Below, piece after piece: positions 8,419 to 18,536 of a stretch of DNA of 43,058 nucleotides (its first letter is position 1; each line of letters opens with the position of its first letter). Position numbers and translations under genes: made by a program. Below the pieces are notes generated by a model. It saw only the letters and a list, made by a program, of their open reading frames with translations, did no database searches and had not been told where the DNA came from. The stretch lies in sequence record DRR378314_919; one strand, 5' to 3'.

Positions 8419-9348
8419 TTAGCGCGTTACCAGAACAATGCCGGCTAAGATAACGCTCCCACCAATTATAAAATTGACGCTAAGCGGCTCATTAAGCAGC
8501 AGGGTACCAAAAAGCACACCAAAAAGCGGCGCTAAGAAAGAAAACACACCTAACTGAGAAGCACGATAGCGGCGCAGCAACGTGAACCAAAGCAGTAATG
8601 CGCCAAACGAAATAATTAGTGCCTGAAAACCAAGGCTGGCAACCACCATAGGAACAAACTGCGCGCTCATTAACTGGCCAGAGATAACCGCTACCGGCAA
8701 CAGTAACAGCGCCGTTATACCCAGTTGATAGCTCAAGGTAAGTTCTGCTGGTGCCTCGGAAAGCGAGGTCTTGCGAATTACAACGGTCGTAGCCGACCAG
8801 GAGAGTCCAGCTAGCAAGCCCAGCGCATCACCGATGACAATCTCTATGTCATAAGTACCACTCGGCGCCATCGCAATCACCATCCCTGTGAATGCCAACC
8901 CTACCCCCCACCACTGCCGCATAGACAACTGTTCACCAGGCACCCAAAGATGTAAGCCAAGCGCGGCAAAGATGGGGGCCGTGTAAAGAAAGACCGACAT
9001 GTGCGATGCCAAGGTATACGTTAACCCCCAGGCAACAAATGCGAACTCCGCCGCAAACCCTAAGCCAACCAACAAACCGGCAATCCAATGACGGCGCAAA
9101 TCTGCCCAGCGAACGCCTCGCCAATAAGCTAGTAAACCGACCAGTGTTCCAGCGATAGCGGAGCGTAGAGCTATCTGCACCATGGGTGAGATATCCTCAG
9201 CCACACCTTTAATCGCTACTTGCTGAAACCCCAGTATCAAGCAAAATAGCAGCATTAGCGATGCTGCTGTGGTATCCACTGATTTACGCTGGAATACCAC
9301 TACAGAGCTGTCATTAGCGTTAATTGACGCTACTCTTTGAGTATTCAT
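8419..9348 (-). CDS. DMT/EamA family transporter
   Basis: About 10 TM segments; FLYTAPIF, GDALGLLAG, PLFGVLFG...LNEP; GGGAG RBS before MNTQRV. Confidence 0.88.
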   Translation of the reverse strand: MNTQRVASINANDSSVVVFQRKSVDTTAASLMLLFCLILGFQQVAIKGVAEDISPMVQIALRSAIAGTLVGLLAYWRGVRWADLRRHWIAGLLVGLGFAAEFAFVAWGLTYTLASHMSVFLYTAPIFAALGLHLWVPGEQLSMRQWWGVGLAFTGMVIAMAPSGTYDIEIVIGDALGLLAGLSWSATTVVIRKTSLSEAPAELTLSYQLGITALLLLPVAVISGQLMSAQFVPMVVASLGFQALIISFGALLLWFTLLRRYRASQLGVFSFLAPLFGVLFGTLLLNEPLSVNFIIGGSVILAGIVLVTR

Positions 9349-9445
9349 TGCACGCTCCCATAACATTAAGGCGCCTATTGCACCAGGAAGAGAAACCTCG
9401 TACAAACGATTACTTCTCTGGCCTAGGCTTAGGAAAACTCATGCT

Positions 9446-10381
9446 ATGAGAATTGAAAGATTACCACTTAATGCACTACGCGCCTTTGCCGAAGCTGCGC
9501 GAGAGAACAGCTTCAAAGCCGCCGCTTATCGGCTTGGCGTTACCTCTGGCGCGGTTAGCCGTCAGGTGAAGCAGCTAGAGGGGCATTTGGGGGTGGCGCT
9601 CTTTGAACGTCATGCCAATGGAGTATGTGTCACCGAAGCGGGGCGGATATTGGCGGAAGATGTGCAAGCGGGGCTTCTGCGTATCGCTAGTGGCGTACAG
9701 CACGTCACCGAGCGCTCGGAACAAGCCTTTCGCTTACTGATCAGCGCACCGCCTTCTTTTCTACAGCTTTGGTTGCTGCCTCGTTTACCTCGTTTTGAAG
9801 CAAGCGAGCGCGAAATAGAAATATCGCTGGATGCCGAGTCTCGCCTAACCCAACCGTTATGGCTGCCAAACAGGGCGCGCTTATCGCTGCGCTACGGACA
9901 AGGTCCTTGGCCAGGCGTCTCCAGCCGACGTCTTTTTGAAGACACACTATTTCCCGTTTGCTCGCCCACTTTATTAGCACAGGCAACGATAAAATCGCCC
10001 AGCGACTTACTAACACAGACGCTACTCACCGTGGATTGGTGTACCCATGCCAACCAGCGCCACATCCCAGGCTGGAGCGATTGGTTCAAAGCGGTTGGGA
10101 TAGCGATAAATAAAATGCCTAACCAGCGCCAATATTCGCTCTATAGCCTGGCCTTAGATCAAGCCATTGCCGGCCAAGGAGTGGTACTTGCTAGCTACCC
10201 ACTCGTTGCCGACCGGCTTGCAAGCGGCGTTTTAGTGCGCCCTTTTGAAGAGCACTACCCCCTCATTTCCCCCTTCGCCTATGATTTGATTTTGCCTCCT
10301 GATGGGGAAATGCCACCTGCGGTGGGCCGCTTTACCGAGTGGCTAGCACAGGAAGCAGCACTCTTTCGCAATACATCGTGA
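9446..10381 (+). CDS. LysR family regulator (GcvA-like), divergent from the DMT gene
   Basis: LPLNALRAFAEAAR..SF HTH; WLLPRL; PVCSP. Confidence 0.92.
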   Translation: MRIERLPLNALRAFAEAARENSFKAAAYRLGVTSGAVSRQVKQLEGHLGVALFERHANGVCVTEAGRILAEDVQAGLLRIASGVQHVTERSEQAFRLLISAPPSFLQLWLLPRLPRFEASEREIEISLDAESRLTQPLWLPNRARLSLRYGQGPWPGVSSRRLFEDTLFPVCSPTLLAQATIKSPSDLLTQTLLTVDWCTHANQRHIPGWSDWFKAVGIAINKMPNQRQYSLYSLALDQAIAGQGVVLASYPLVADRLASGVLVRPFEEHYPLISPFAYDLILPPDGEMPPAVGRFTEWLAQEAALFRNTS

Positions 10382-10408
10382 TAGCCGCGTGGCATGTCGA
10401 ACCTAGCC

Positions 10409-11140
10409 TTACCGCTTATAGCCCTGGAACAACGCATATTGCCACTGACGCACAGCCAGCACTGAGGTGGTACCAAAGCGCTGATGAATGGGCAGCCCGC
10501 TTTCGCGTTCACACAGGGCGTGAAACTCTTTTGCCAGCCGCTGCATCGTTTGTTGCCATTCAGCATTACCCGCATGAGAAAGCAGGCCATTCAGCACAAT
10601 TAGCTTTTCGCTGTCGCTATCGAAACGGGACTGAAAAAACTCTGTGGCAATATATTGCTGGAAAAAACGCTGAATGGGGCCGCCAGGCCGCCAACGAAAA
10701 TTCGCGGCCACACGCCGCCGGATCCGATTACCCGGCAATAGATCAATCAGCTTTAGCCGTTCTAGCGCCAGCAGTTGCCGAGTACACTGCGCCTCGCTGA
10801 GCTGGTACTGGTGATGAATTTCATCAAACCGATAGCCGTTAATCACACACACAGCGACCAAAAACAGCTCACGATCATCGACAATGCTCTGCTCCTGCGC
10901 CTGGGTCAGCTCCTGCAAACGGTGCTCTTCCTCTTGCATGGATTGCACCAACTCAGCAAATTCCAGGTTAAGCTGATCGCAAATACGCTCTAGCCGTTCT
11001 AGGGTGATGTGCTGCTCAGCGAATAGCCGTTTGACCGAGGCCTCGCTCAACCCAAGCCATAACGCCACATCAGCGTAGGTTTTCCCCTGGGAGCGCAACT
11101 GGCGTTTTAAGGTATCAATAAGCGCGCTTGTCTGAGACAC
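10409..11140 (-). CDS. XRE-family HTH transcriptional regulator with an uncharacterised C-terminal domain
   Basis: TYADVALWLGLSEASVKRLF HTH; GTG start after GGAGG. Confidence 0.82.
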   Translation of the reverse strand: MSQTSALIDTLKRQLRSQGKTYADVALWLGLSEASVKRLFAEQHITLERLERICDQLNLEFAELVQSMQEEEHRLQELTQAQEQSIVDDRELFLVAVCVINGYRFDEIHHQYQLSEAQCTRQLLALERLKLIDLLPGNRIRRRVAANFRWRPGGPIQRFFQQYIATEFFQSRFDSDSEKLIVLNGLLSHAGNAEWQQTMQRLAKEFHALCERESGLPIHQRFGTTSVLAVRQWQYALFQGYKR

Positions 11141-11274
11141 ACAACCTCCAGACATATAAAGTAGCGTATAACGATACCGTAAAGCCCAAATAACACAACT
11201 TGAACCACCAGAGTTGCAACATTAACCCCATTTACCGAAAGTGCCCTAACTTCTGGTTTATAAGGCGTCATTTC

Positions 11275-14200
11275 ATGCAACCTTTACTACGCATCACGGG
11301 TGTTTGGCCCTACCTGATTGCCATTTTCTTGAATGCCTTTGTGGATTTAGGACATAAAATCGTCATTCAAAACACGATTTTTAAAAGCTACGACGGCGAA
11401 ACCCAGGTGGTACTGACGGCGTTGGTCAATGGGCTTATCCTTTTGCCGTTTATTTTGCTGTTTAGCCCCGCAGGCCATGTGGCGGATAGCTACCCCAAAG
11501 TTCGCATTCTGCGGGTTTCCGCCTGGGCCGCTGTCGCTGTTTCACTGGGTATCACCGCCGCTTATTACCAAGGCTGGTTTTGGCTGGCGTTTGCTATGAC
11601 GCTAGTGCTTGCAATTCAGTCAGCCTTCTACTCCCCCGCAAAGTATGGCTTGGTGAAAGGGCTATTTGGCAAACCCCGCTTGGCAGAAGCTAACGGGCTT
11701 ATCCAGGCCGTCACCATTGGTGCCATTTTGGCAGGCACCGTGGCCTTTACCGCGCTGTTTGAAAGCTGGATCTTGCCCAGCGCCCAAACACCCGGCGAGC
11801 TATTACGCAACATTGCGCCGCTGGGTTGGCTGCTGGTGTTGAACAGCGTTATACAAGTGATGGCACTGTATCGCTTGAAACCGGATAACGCACAGCCCTC
11901 GACGACCCCGCTCACCTGGCAGCGCTATATCAAAGGCAGCGCACTTAAAGACAACCTGAGCATTTTGGGCCGCCAACCGGTGCTGCGGCTGTCAATTATC
12001 GGTCTTGCGACTTTCTGGTCGGTGGGCCAGGTGCTGCTCGCCGCGTTTCCCGCCTACGCCAAAGATGCACTCAGCATTGATAACACATTAGTACTGCAAG
12101 GAATTCTTGCCGCTAGCGGTATTGGGATTGCGTTAGGATCATTGCTTGCCAGCAAGCTGTCGCGTAACCGTATTGAAACCGGTTTGATTCCATTAGGCGC
12201 TGTCGGCGTTGCGGTGGGTCTGTGGTGCCTGCCGCTGCTCACCACCCCGATCAGCCAAGCACTGAACTTTGTATTTATTGGCATGATGGGCGGGTTATTC
12301 ATTGTACCGCTCAATGCACTGATTCAATTTCATGCGGCAGACCATGAACTAGGCACTGTGTTGGCTGCTAATAACTGGATTCAGAATCTGTCTATGCTGG
12401 GTTTCTTGGCGCTTACCGCGCTGTTTGCCCTGGCAGGTGTGGATAGCCACTACCTGTTGCTGCTCGTGGCGACCGTTGCCATGGTGGGCGGTGGCTACAC
12501 TATCTTCAAATTGCCGCAAAGCTTAGTACGCTTTCTACTCAGTTTTCTGCTCACCCGCCGCTATCGTGTTGATGTTCATGGGTTAGAGCACCTGCCCGCC
12601 CAAGGCGGCGTGCTGCTGCTTGGCAACCATATCAGCTGGGTAGACTGGGCAATGGTGCAAATTGCCAGCCCTCGCCCCGTGCGCTTTGTCATGCTGAAGG
12701 ATATTTATCAGCGTTGGTATTTGCGCTGGTTTTTTAAGGCGCTGGGCTGTATTCCTATCGAACGGGGCGCAGGAGCCGAAAACGCCCTAGCCGCGGTTGC
12801 CGAACAGCTGAATAACGGTGAAGTGGTATGCCTGTTCCCCGAAGGCGCGATCAGCCGCAACGGCCAGCTAGGCGAGCTGCGCCGAGGCTACGAGCGCGCC
12901 TGCAAGCTGGCGAACCCAGAGGTACGTATTGTGCCGTTTTACTTGCGCGGCCTGTGGGGTAGCCAGTTTTCTCGCTCATCCAGCAAACTCAAAGAGCTGC
13001 GTAACGCGCCTCTCCATCGCTCAGTCGTCGTTGCGTTTGGCAAGCCGCTGCCTAAAGACACCCCGGCCGACGTGCTCAAACGGCGCATCTTCGAACAAGC
13101 AACTAACTCGTGGCAACATGCTATCGATGAGCTGCCCTCGCTGCCCGACGCCTGGATTCGTAGCGTGAAGCGTAACCTTGGCGCACAAGCACTCACTGAT
13201 ACCCTTAGCCACCCGCTGACGGCAGGCCAAGCACTTACCGCCAGTCTGCTTATTGCAAAGCGCATCCACACGCTAACCCCCAGGCAAAACGTGGGCCTAC
13301 TGCTGCCCAATAGCAGCGTGGGTGCACTGGCCAATATGGCAACACTTCTGGCTGGAAAAACACTGGTTAACCTCAACTATCATTTTGACGACAGTCCCAA
13401 TGGCACCGCGAAAGAAGACGTGTTTTCTGCGGCACTCACCCAAGCCAACATCGACACAGTGTTTACCTCGCGCCACTTCGTCGAAAAACTCCAGCAACAA
13501 GGGTTAAACATCAGCCAGCGGCTAGCAAATACTCAGACGATTTACCTGGAAGACCTACAAGCCGATATCCGACGCCATGAACGCGTCAGCACTTGGCTTG
13601 CCGTTCGCCTGCTGCCTACGTGGCTGCTTCAACGCCTTTACTGCCGCAGTAGAGATGCCAATGCCACCGCCGCCATTGTGTTTTCAAGTAGAAGCGAAGG
13701 ACAACCTAAAGGCGTCATGCTGAGCCACCGCAACCTGATGGCAAATATTAAGCAGACCTCCGATGTGCTTAATACCCAACATGACGATGTGGTGATCGGC
13801 TCGCTACCTCTGTTTCATGCCTTTGGTCTCACCGTTACCCAACTGCTGCCACTTATCGAAGGCCTGCCGCTGGTCTGCCATGCAGACCCCAACGACACTT
13901 CTGGCATTGCCAGCGCTGTTGCCAAGCACAAAGCCACCCTGATGTTCGGCACATCAGACTTTCTACAGCACCTAAACCACAGCCCCAACGTGCACCCACT
14001 CATGCTAGAGAGCCTACGGGCAGTCGTTGTCAGTGCCGAAACATTGGATGAGCAGGTATGCAGCGACTTCGTTCTAAAATTCCATAAGCCTATTTATAAA
14101 GGCTACGGGGCAACCGAAACCGCTCCTGTGGCATCGGTCAATCTACCGGATTCGTTGGGCGCTCATTACCAAACAATACAGCAAGGCAGTAAAGCGGGTA

Positions 14201-14448
14201 CCGTCGGTATGCCGCTCCCCGGCACCAGCTTTAAAATCGTTGAACCGGAAAGCTTTGCGGAACAGCCTACCGGAGAAGCAGGCATGATTTTGATCAGCGG
14301 CCCTCAGGTGATGCAGGGCTACTTAAACGACCCGAAACGCACAGCCGCCGCCATTAAAGAACTCGATGGCCAACGCTGGTTTATCACCGACGATAAAGGG
14401 TTTATCGATGAAGATGGATTTTTAACCCTGATTGGCCGCCATGCTTAG
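11275..14448 (+). CDS. LplT-like MFS + PlsC-type acyltransferase + AMP-binding (Aas-like) fusion; synthetase domain degenerate and C-terminally truncated
   Basis: MFS motif QSAFYSPAKYG; acyltransferase motifs NHISWVD and FPEG; adenylation-like FSSRSEGQPKG and GYGATE; the ORF ends at GFLTLIGRHA*. Confidence 0.85.
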   Translation: MQPLLRITGVWPYLIAIFLNAFVDLGHKIVIQNTIFKSYDGETQVVLTALVNGLILLPFILLFSPAGHVADSYPKVRILRVSAWAAVAVSLGITAAYYQGWFWLAFAMTLVLAIQSAFYSPAKYGLVKGLFGKPRLAEANGLIQAVTIGAILAGTVAFTALFESWILPSAQTPGELLRNIAPLGWLLVLNSVIQVMALYRLKPDNAQPSTTPLTWQRYIKGSALKDNLSILGRQPVLRLSIIGLATFWSVGQVLLAAFPAYAKDALSIDNTLVLQGILAASGIGIALGSLLASKLSRNRIETGLIPLGAVGVAVGLWCLPLLTTPISQALNFVFIGMMGGLFIVPLNALIQFHAADHELGTVLAANNWIQNLSMLGFLALTALFALAGVDSHYLLLLVATVAMVGGGYTIFKLPQSLVRFLLSFLLTRRYRVDVHGLEHLPAQGGVLLLGNHISWVDWAMVQIASPRPVRFVMLKDIYQRWYLRWFFKALGCIPIERGAGAENALAAVAEQLNNGEVVCLFPEGAISRNGQLGELRRGYERACKLANPEVRIVPFYLRGLWGSQFSRSSSKLKELRNAPLHRSVVVAFGKPLPKDTPADVLKRRIFEQATNSWQHAIDELPSLPDAWIRSVKRNLGAQALTDTLSHPLTAGQALTASLLIAKRIHTLTPRQNVGLLLPNSSVGALANMATLLAGKTLVNLNYHFDDSPNGTAKEDVFSAALTQANIDTVFTSRHFVEKLQQQGLNISQRLANTQTIYLEDLQADIRRHERVSTWLAVRLLPTWLLQRLYCRSRDANATAAIVFSSRSEGQPKGVMLSHRNLMANIKQTSDVLNTQHDDVVIGSLPLFHAFGLTVTQLLPLIEGLPLVCHADPNDTSGIASAVAKHKATLMFGTSDFLQHLNHSPNVHPLMLESLRAVVVSAETLDEQVCSDFVLKFHKPIYKGYGATETAPVASVNLPDSLGAHYQTIQQGSKAGTVGMPLPGTSFKIVEPESFAEQPTGEAGMILISGPQVMQGYLNDPKRTAAAIKELDGQRWFITDDKGFIDEDGFLTLIGRHA

Positions 14449-14676
14449 ATGTTAGAAAACCTAGGTTTAGGAGTAGGAGATATTGTAAAAATGCAGGCGT
14501 TTCTTGTCGCGCCAGAAGGCGAGACAGTCGACTTCCAGGGCTTTATGGCTGGCTACACGCAATTCTTCGGTACCGAAGAATTGCCTAACCTACCCGTTCG
14601 CTCTGCCATGGTCGTCGATGCACTGGTCAATCCCGGCTGGCTAGTAGAAATTGAAGTTACCGCCGTTCGACCGTAG
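14449..14676 (+). pseudogene. C-terminal fragment of a Rid/YjgF family protein
   Basis: DIVKMQAFLV, LPVRSAM, LVNPGWLVEIEVTA. Only 75 aa, no RBS, and it begins directly after the upstream stop. Confidence 0.75.
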
Positions 14677-14698
14677 CCTACAGGGCTGAAAAGAAAGC

Positions 14699-14734
14699 AA
14701 AACAGCCGATTACATAAAAGTAGTCGGCTGTTTT
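14699..14734. terminator. Bidirectional terminator
   Basis: AAAACAGCCGATTAC-ATAAAA-GTAGTCGGCTGTTTT. Confidence 0.85.
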
Positions 14735-14761
14735 AATAGCAAGCTGTTAGCAAGTCAGTTT

Positions 14762-15526
14762 TTAAGGCTTTATCAAATTCTCCGAGAAAAAATCTAGCAA
14801 CAACGGGTAGTGAATATTCTGCCCGGCGCTGCTGGGTATATGATCTTCACCATCGTAGTAGTGAACCGCAGGCTTACGGCCATGCTCGCGTAGACGTTTT
14901 TCCAGTCGCCTGGTCATCTCAACCGACCACATGCGGTCTTCCGTGCCATGGGAAAGCAGTAGCGGCCCAGGGTAGCGCTCAATTTCAATCGGCGTAGTCG
15001 GCAGTAAATCTTCATGACTATCACGCCATGTCCAGGCGCGTTTACTGACATCCCAGGCTTGCCAACCGGGGTCACCCGCATCACGAAAACCACGCGCGTC
15101 AAAGGCACCGCAAACGACATCTGGGGCACTATGTACAGCGATAGCATCAGGCGCGCCTTTTAGTTCATCCCTGGCCATCAGTGAGCCAAGCAACAACGCA
15201 TGCTCGGCACCGCGTGAAACGCCATAAAGCCCAACGCGCCCTTCGACGTATTGAAAATCTCTGAGCGCCCTAAGCGCCTCCATACTACGCTCAAGCGGGT
15301 AATCGATTATATGCCCTGCATTCCACAGATTACCGCCGCTTGAGTAGCCATAAGGGAAAGCCAAGAAACCATGTGCTGCGAACAAAACAGCGTCTCGATG
15401 ACTCCAGCCTGCCCATCCGCCTTCAGAGCCATGTAGCAACATGATCGCTGGAAAAGGGCCATCGCCTGCCAGACCGTAGGTAACGCCCCAGCCGGGAAGA
15501 AAACGCTGCACGATATTTAAAATCAT
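14762..15526 (-). CDS. Alpha/beta hydrolase, BAAT/acyl-CoA thioesterase C-terminal-like
   Basis: LHGSEGG, nucleophile elbow GVSRG, GTEDRMW and GEDH (Ser-Asp-His). Confidence 0.8.
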   Translation of the reverse strand: MILNIVQRFLPGWGVTYGLAGDGPFPAIMLLHGSEGGWAGWSHRDAVLFAAHGFLAFPYGYSSGGNLWNAGHIIDYPLERSMEALRALRDFQYVEGRVGLYGVSRGAEHALLLGSLMARDELKGAPDAIAVHSAPDVVCGAFDARGFRDAGDPGWQAWDVSKRAWTWRDSHEDLLPTTPIEIERYPGPLLLSHGTEDRMWSVEMTRRLEKRLREHGRKPAVHYYDGEDHIPSSAGQNIHYPLLLDFFSENLIKP

Positions 15527-15595
15527 TCTGAACCACTCCTTGGCTTTGTATCGTAAGTACCCAGACAGCGGCGCATGCCGCTGCCTAGTTGCCCT

Positions 15596-17326
15596 CTACT
15601 CAGACGGTTTACCCGCAGAGTTGTCTGTTCCCTGCGAACGCTTGCCTTGCCCTTCTCCGCGTGCAATATCTTCATGGCTGATAACCATGACTTCTCTTGG
15701 CCACCACTCGGGATGGTTATCACGGATAAAGGCCAGCATTTTTTCACGAATGTTCATCTCGGCAGTCCAGCCCGCCATAGGATCTGATGTCATTAAATAG
15801 CAAGTGACCGTTTGCGCGTAGGCAGTTTGCTTGGTCACATAACAAAGCAATTTATGATGCTCAATGACATTATCTTCTTCCTGGGCATAGGCTAAAAACG
15901 TCTCCCGCACCTGAGAAATATCAGCGCTTAAGTGTAGTGTCAGCTCTAAGAAGCGGTACATTTTCGTACTCTTCACCGAGAGGTTTTCAAACGGCTTAGA
16001 CGTAAAGTAGGTAACCGGCACGATGACACGTCGTTCATCCCAGGAGCGCAACCGAATAAAGGTATAAAAAATGCCTTCGACATAGCACCATTGCCCTTCG
16101 AAGATGACCAAATCACCAATTCGTATAGGCTTGGCAAGCGACAGCTGAAAAGAAGAGAGGATATTACCTAACACCGCTTGGCCGGCAATACCTACCAGTA
16201 CGGCCAGCACACTAGCCGATGCCAACAGCGACAAGCCTAAAGACTCAAACAGCTGGATTTGCCCCAGTACATAAACCGACACACCAATGACGGTGATTAA
16301 GATAATCACGCGGCGCAAAGCATATAGCGAGGTTAACAGACGACGTTTATCTTTAGGCTTGGTATCGTCAATCTCACCGACTAAGCGCCGGGTCATGCGC
16401 AGCATGATCGTGTCGATCAAGCGTAGTGCAATGGTACCAGCCCCCCAGGCCATAATTGAGATCAACAATACGCGGAACGTCGTCGTCACAATGGCGGAAA
16501 ACGATACAACGTAGTCCAGCAACATCTGCGTTACCAGCGACATAACAATCATCGCCATGGGCACGCCAATTTGATCGGCGAAAATAGTAGACACGCCTGA
16601 AGGCAGAATGCGTGCCACTAACCCAACAACGTAGTAAGTCACCATGCCTACCGTGCCGATGGCGATTAAAAAAACTGGGATCGCTAACCATTCCCAAATT
16701 TTTAGTATGCCAAACGATGCCTTCAGCCGTTCTGGAATATAGCTTTCTAGCATTGAAGGCCCATACTCTTCATAGAGAGCTGGAATAGACGACACACTCT
16801 CTGGCATTACTAGCCAAACAGGATCTTCTTCGTTGATTCGATAACGCCCTATCCGAACATCATAAGCCTGTCCTTCTACTTTTAATGCTGCCAGCTCTAT
16901 ATTTCGTCGTGGCGACCCCGCTAAAGGGTTCTGACCAGAAGCGTCTTCAATCGCTGCGTCTTGGCGAGCCGGCAGATTCGAGGCATTTAGCCACTCGCCA
17001 CGCTTGAGTACCTCCGCTAACTGCCTCGCAAGCTCAGCTCCCCTCGCCTGCTGCTCACTTGGATCAATGCCGTTTAGATTAAGCAAATGCGCGGCTGAGG
17101 CGTAATTTCCACTTTCGGTGAAGGTTAAAAAGCTACGGACCGCTTCCCGTGGCGACATTCGCTTAGCCTCTTCCGGCACCTCTCCTAGCCCTGCGTTAAG
17201 CGAGTCAATAGCGAACCACCGCTCATTTTCACTCTCATCTCCTTGAGTTTGCGCTGTGCTAACGCTGGAAAACACCAAAGTGACAACCAGCACAAACCAC
17301 ATAAGCCACGAGCTGCTTTTTTTCAT
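15596..17326 (-). CDS. MscS family mechanosensitive channel with an N-terminal periplasmic domain
   Basis: Signal peptide MKKSSSW...STA; LGNILSSFQLSLAKPIRIGDLV; WDERRVIVPV..F..KPFENLS. Confidence 0.9.
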   Translation of the reverse strand: MKKSSSWLMWFVLVVTLVFSSVSTAQTQGDESENERWFAIDSLNAGLGEVPEEAKRMSPREAVRSFLTFTESGNYASAAHLLNLNGIDPSEQQARGAELARQLAEVLKRGEWLNASNLPARQDAAIEDASGQNPLAGSPRRNIELAALKVEGQAYDVRIGRYRINEEDPVWLVMPESVSSIPALYEEYGPSMLESYIPERLKASFGILKIWEWLAIPVFLIAIGTVGMVTYYVVGLVARILPSGVSTIFADQIGVPMAMIVMSLVTQMLLDYVVSFSAIVTTTFRVLLISIMAWGAGTIALRLIDTIMLRMTRRLVGEIDDTKPKDKRRLLTSLYALRRVIILITVIGVSVYVLGQIQLFESLGLSLLASASVLAVLVGIAGQAVLGNILSSFQLSLAKPIRIGDLVIFEGQWCYVEGIFYTFIRLRSWDERRVIVPVTYFTSKPFENLSVKSTKMYRFLELTLHLSADISQVRETFLAYAQEEDNVIEHHKLLCYVTKQTAYAQTVTCYLMTSDPMAGWTAEMNIREKMLAFIRDNHPEWWPREVMVISHEDIARGEGQGKRSQGTDNSAGKPSE

Positions 17327-17471
17327 AACAACCTTGTCATTAAAAGTAAGTGAGCTAAACAACCAACCACTAACTGGCAACAAAACCGCCAGTCCTGCGC
17401 TGAATACAGTGCATCCATGCCAGTGGTTGAGCAAAGTACAGACGACGTTCTTCAATCAATCAAGCTTCTAG

Positions 17472-17512
17472 TGTTCCAACACTGCAACACTGAGTCTCAG
17501 TTGCACTATCTA
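17472..17512 (+). promoter_or_regulatory. Candidate LysR operator/promoter, shared with the ycaC promoter
   Basis: TGTTC-N6-TGCAAC-ACTGAGTCT-N8-CTATCTA matches the reverse complement of 21084-21123. Confidence 0.65.
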
Positions 17513-17573
17513 TTACATGCTTCGCTTAACACGTACCCTTCTTAACCAGCAACGTACTCTTTAAGGAGAAACG

Positions 17574-18455
17574 ATGAAAAAGTTAGTAGGTGTTACTAGC
17601 GCGCCACGCCCTCACTGGGTGGGTGACGGCTTTCCGGCGCGTTCGCTGTTCTCCTATGGCCCACGCTCCGAGCAGTTGAGCCCCTTTTTGTTACTGGACT
17701 ATGCTGGGCCCGCCGACTTTACTCCCACCACGCGGCCACGCGGTGTCGGGCAACACCCGCACCGCGGGTTTGAAACCGTCACGATTGTCTACCAAGGAGA
17801 AGTGGCGCACCGCGACTCAACGGGCAAAGGCGGCGTAATTGGCCCAGGCGACGTGCAGTGGATGACGGCGGGTGCGGGTATCCTGCACGATGAGTTTCAT
17901 TCGCCCGCGTTTACAGAGCAAGGCGGCACGCTTGAGATGGTGCAGCTGTGGGTAAACTTACCTGCCAAAGACAAAATGGCTACGCCAGGCTATCAGGCAA
18001 TTTTTAATGCCCAGATTCCTGTGGCAGCGTTACCTGATCAAGCTGGGAGCGTCCGTGTGGTCGCCGGCAGCTATATAGATGGCAACCGTAAGGCTCACGC
18101 GGGCCCAGCACAGACGTTCTCGCCGATGAACGTATGGGATGTGCGGCTAAACGGTGGTAAGACAACCACGCTGACGCAGCCAGATGGATGGACAACCCTG
18201 CTGGTCGTGCTAAGAGGGACGGTTCAAGTCAATGGCGAAGAGGTACTGCGTGAAGCACAAGTGGCCGAACTTTCTAGAGAAGGTGATGCGCTGACACTTG
18301 AAGCCAATAATGACGCAACCCTGTTGCTGCTAAGTGGCGAGCCGCTCAATGAGCCAGTGGTAGGTCATGGGCCGTTTGTGATGAATAGCGAACGTGACAT
18401 CATTGAAGCGATAGAAGACTTTAACAACGGCCGCTTTGGCCACATGCCAAGCTAA
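17574..18455 (+). CDS. Pirin family protein
   Basis: PFLLLD, HPHRGFETVT, VQWMTAGAGILHDE, QLWVNLP, GPFVMN. Confidence 0.95.
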   Translation: MKKLVGVTSAPRPHWVGDGFPARSLFSYGPRSEQLSPFLLLDYAGPADFTPTTRPRGVGQHPHRGFETVTIVYQGEVAHRDSTGKGGVIGPGDVQWMTAGAGILHDEFHSPAFTEQGGTLEMVQLWVNLPAKDKMATPGYQAIFNAQIPVAALPDQAGSVRVVAGSYIDGNRKAHAGPAQTFSPMNVWDVRLNGGKTTTLTQPDGWTTLLVVLRGTVQVNGEEVLREAQVAELSREGDALTLEANNDATLLLLSGEPLNEPVVGHGPFVMNSERDIIEAIEDFNNGRFGHMPS

Positions 18456-18502
18456 TGACGTCGCTATTTAAGTAGCAACTTTTCAAGCATGAAGTAACTA
18501 CT

Positions 18503-18524
18503 GGGCTGGCTTAATAGCCAGCCC
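18503..18524. terminator. Hairpin between the convergent pirin genes
   Basis: GGGCTGGCT-TAAT-AGCCAGCCC. Confidence 0.65.
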
Positions 18525-18536
18525 TTCCGCTACGAA

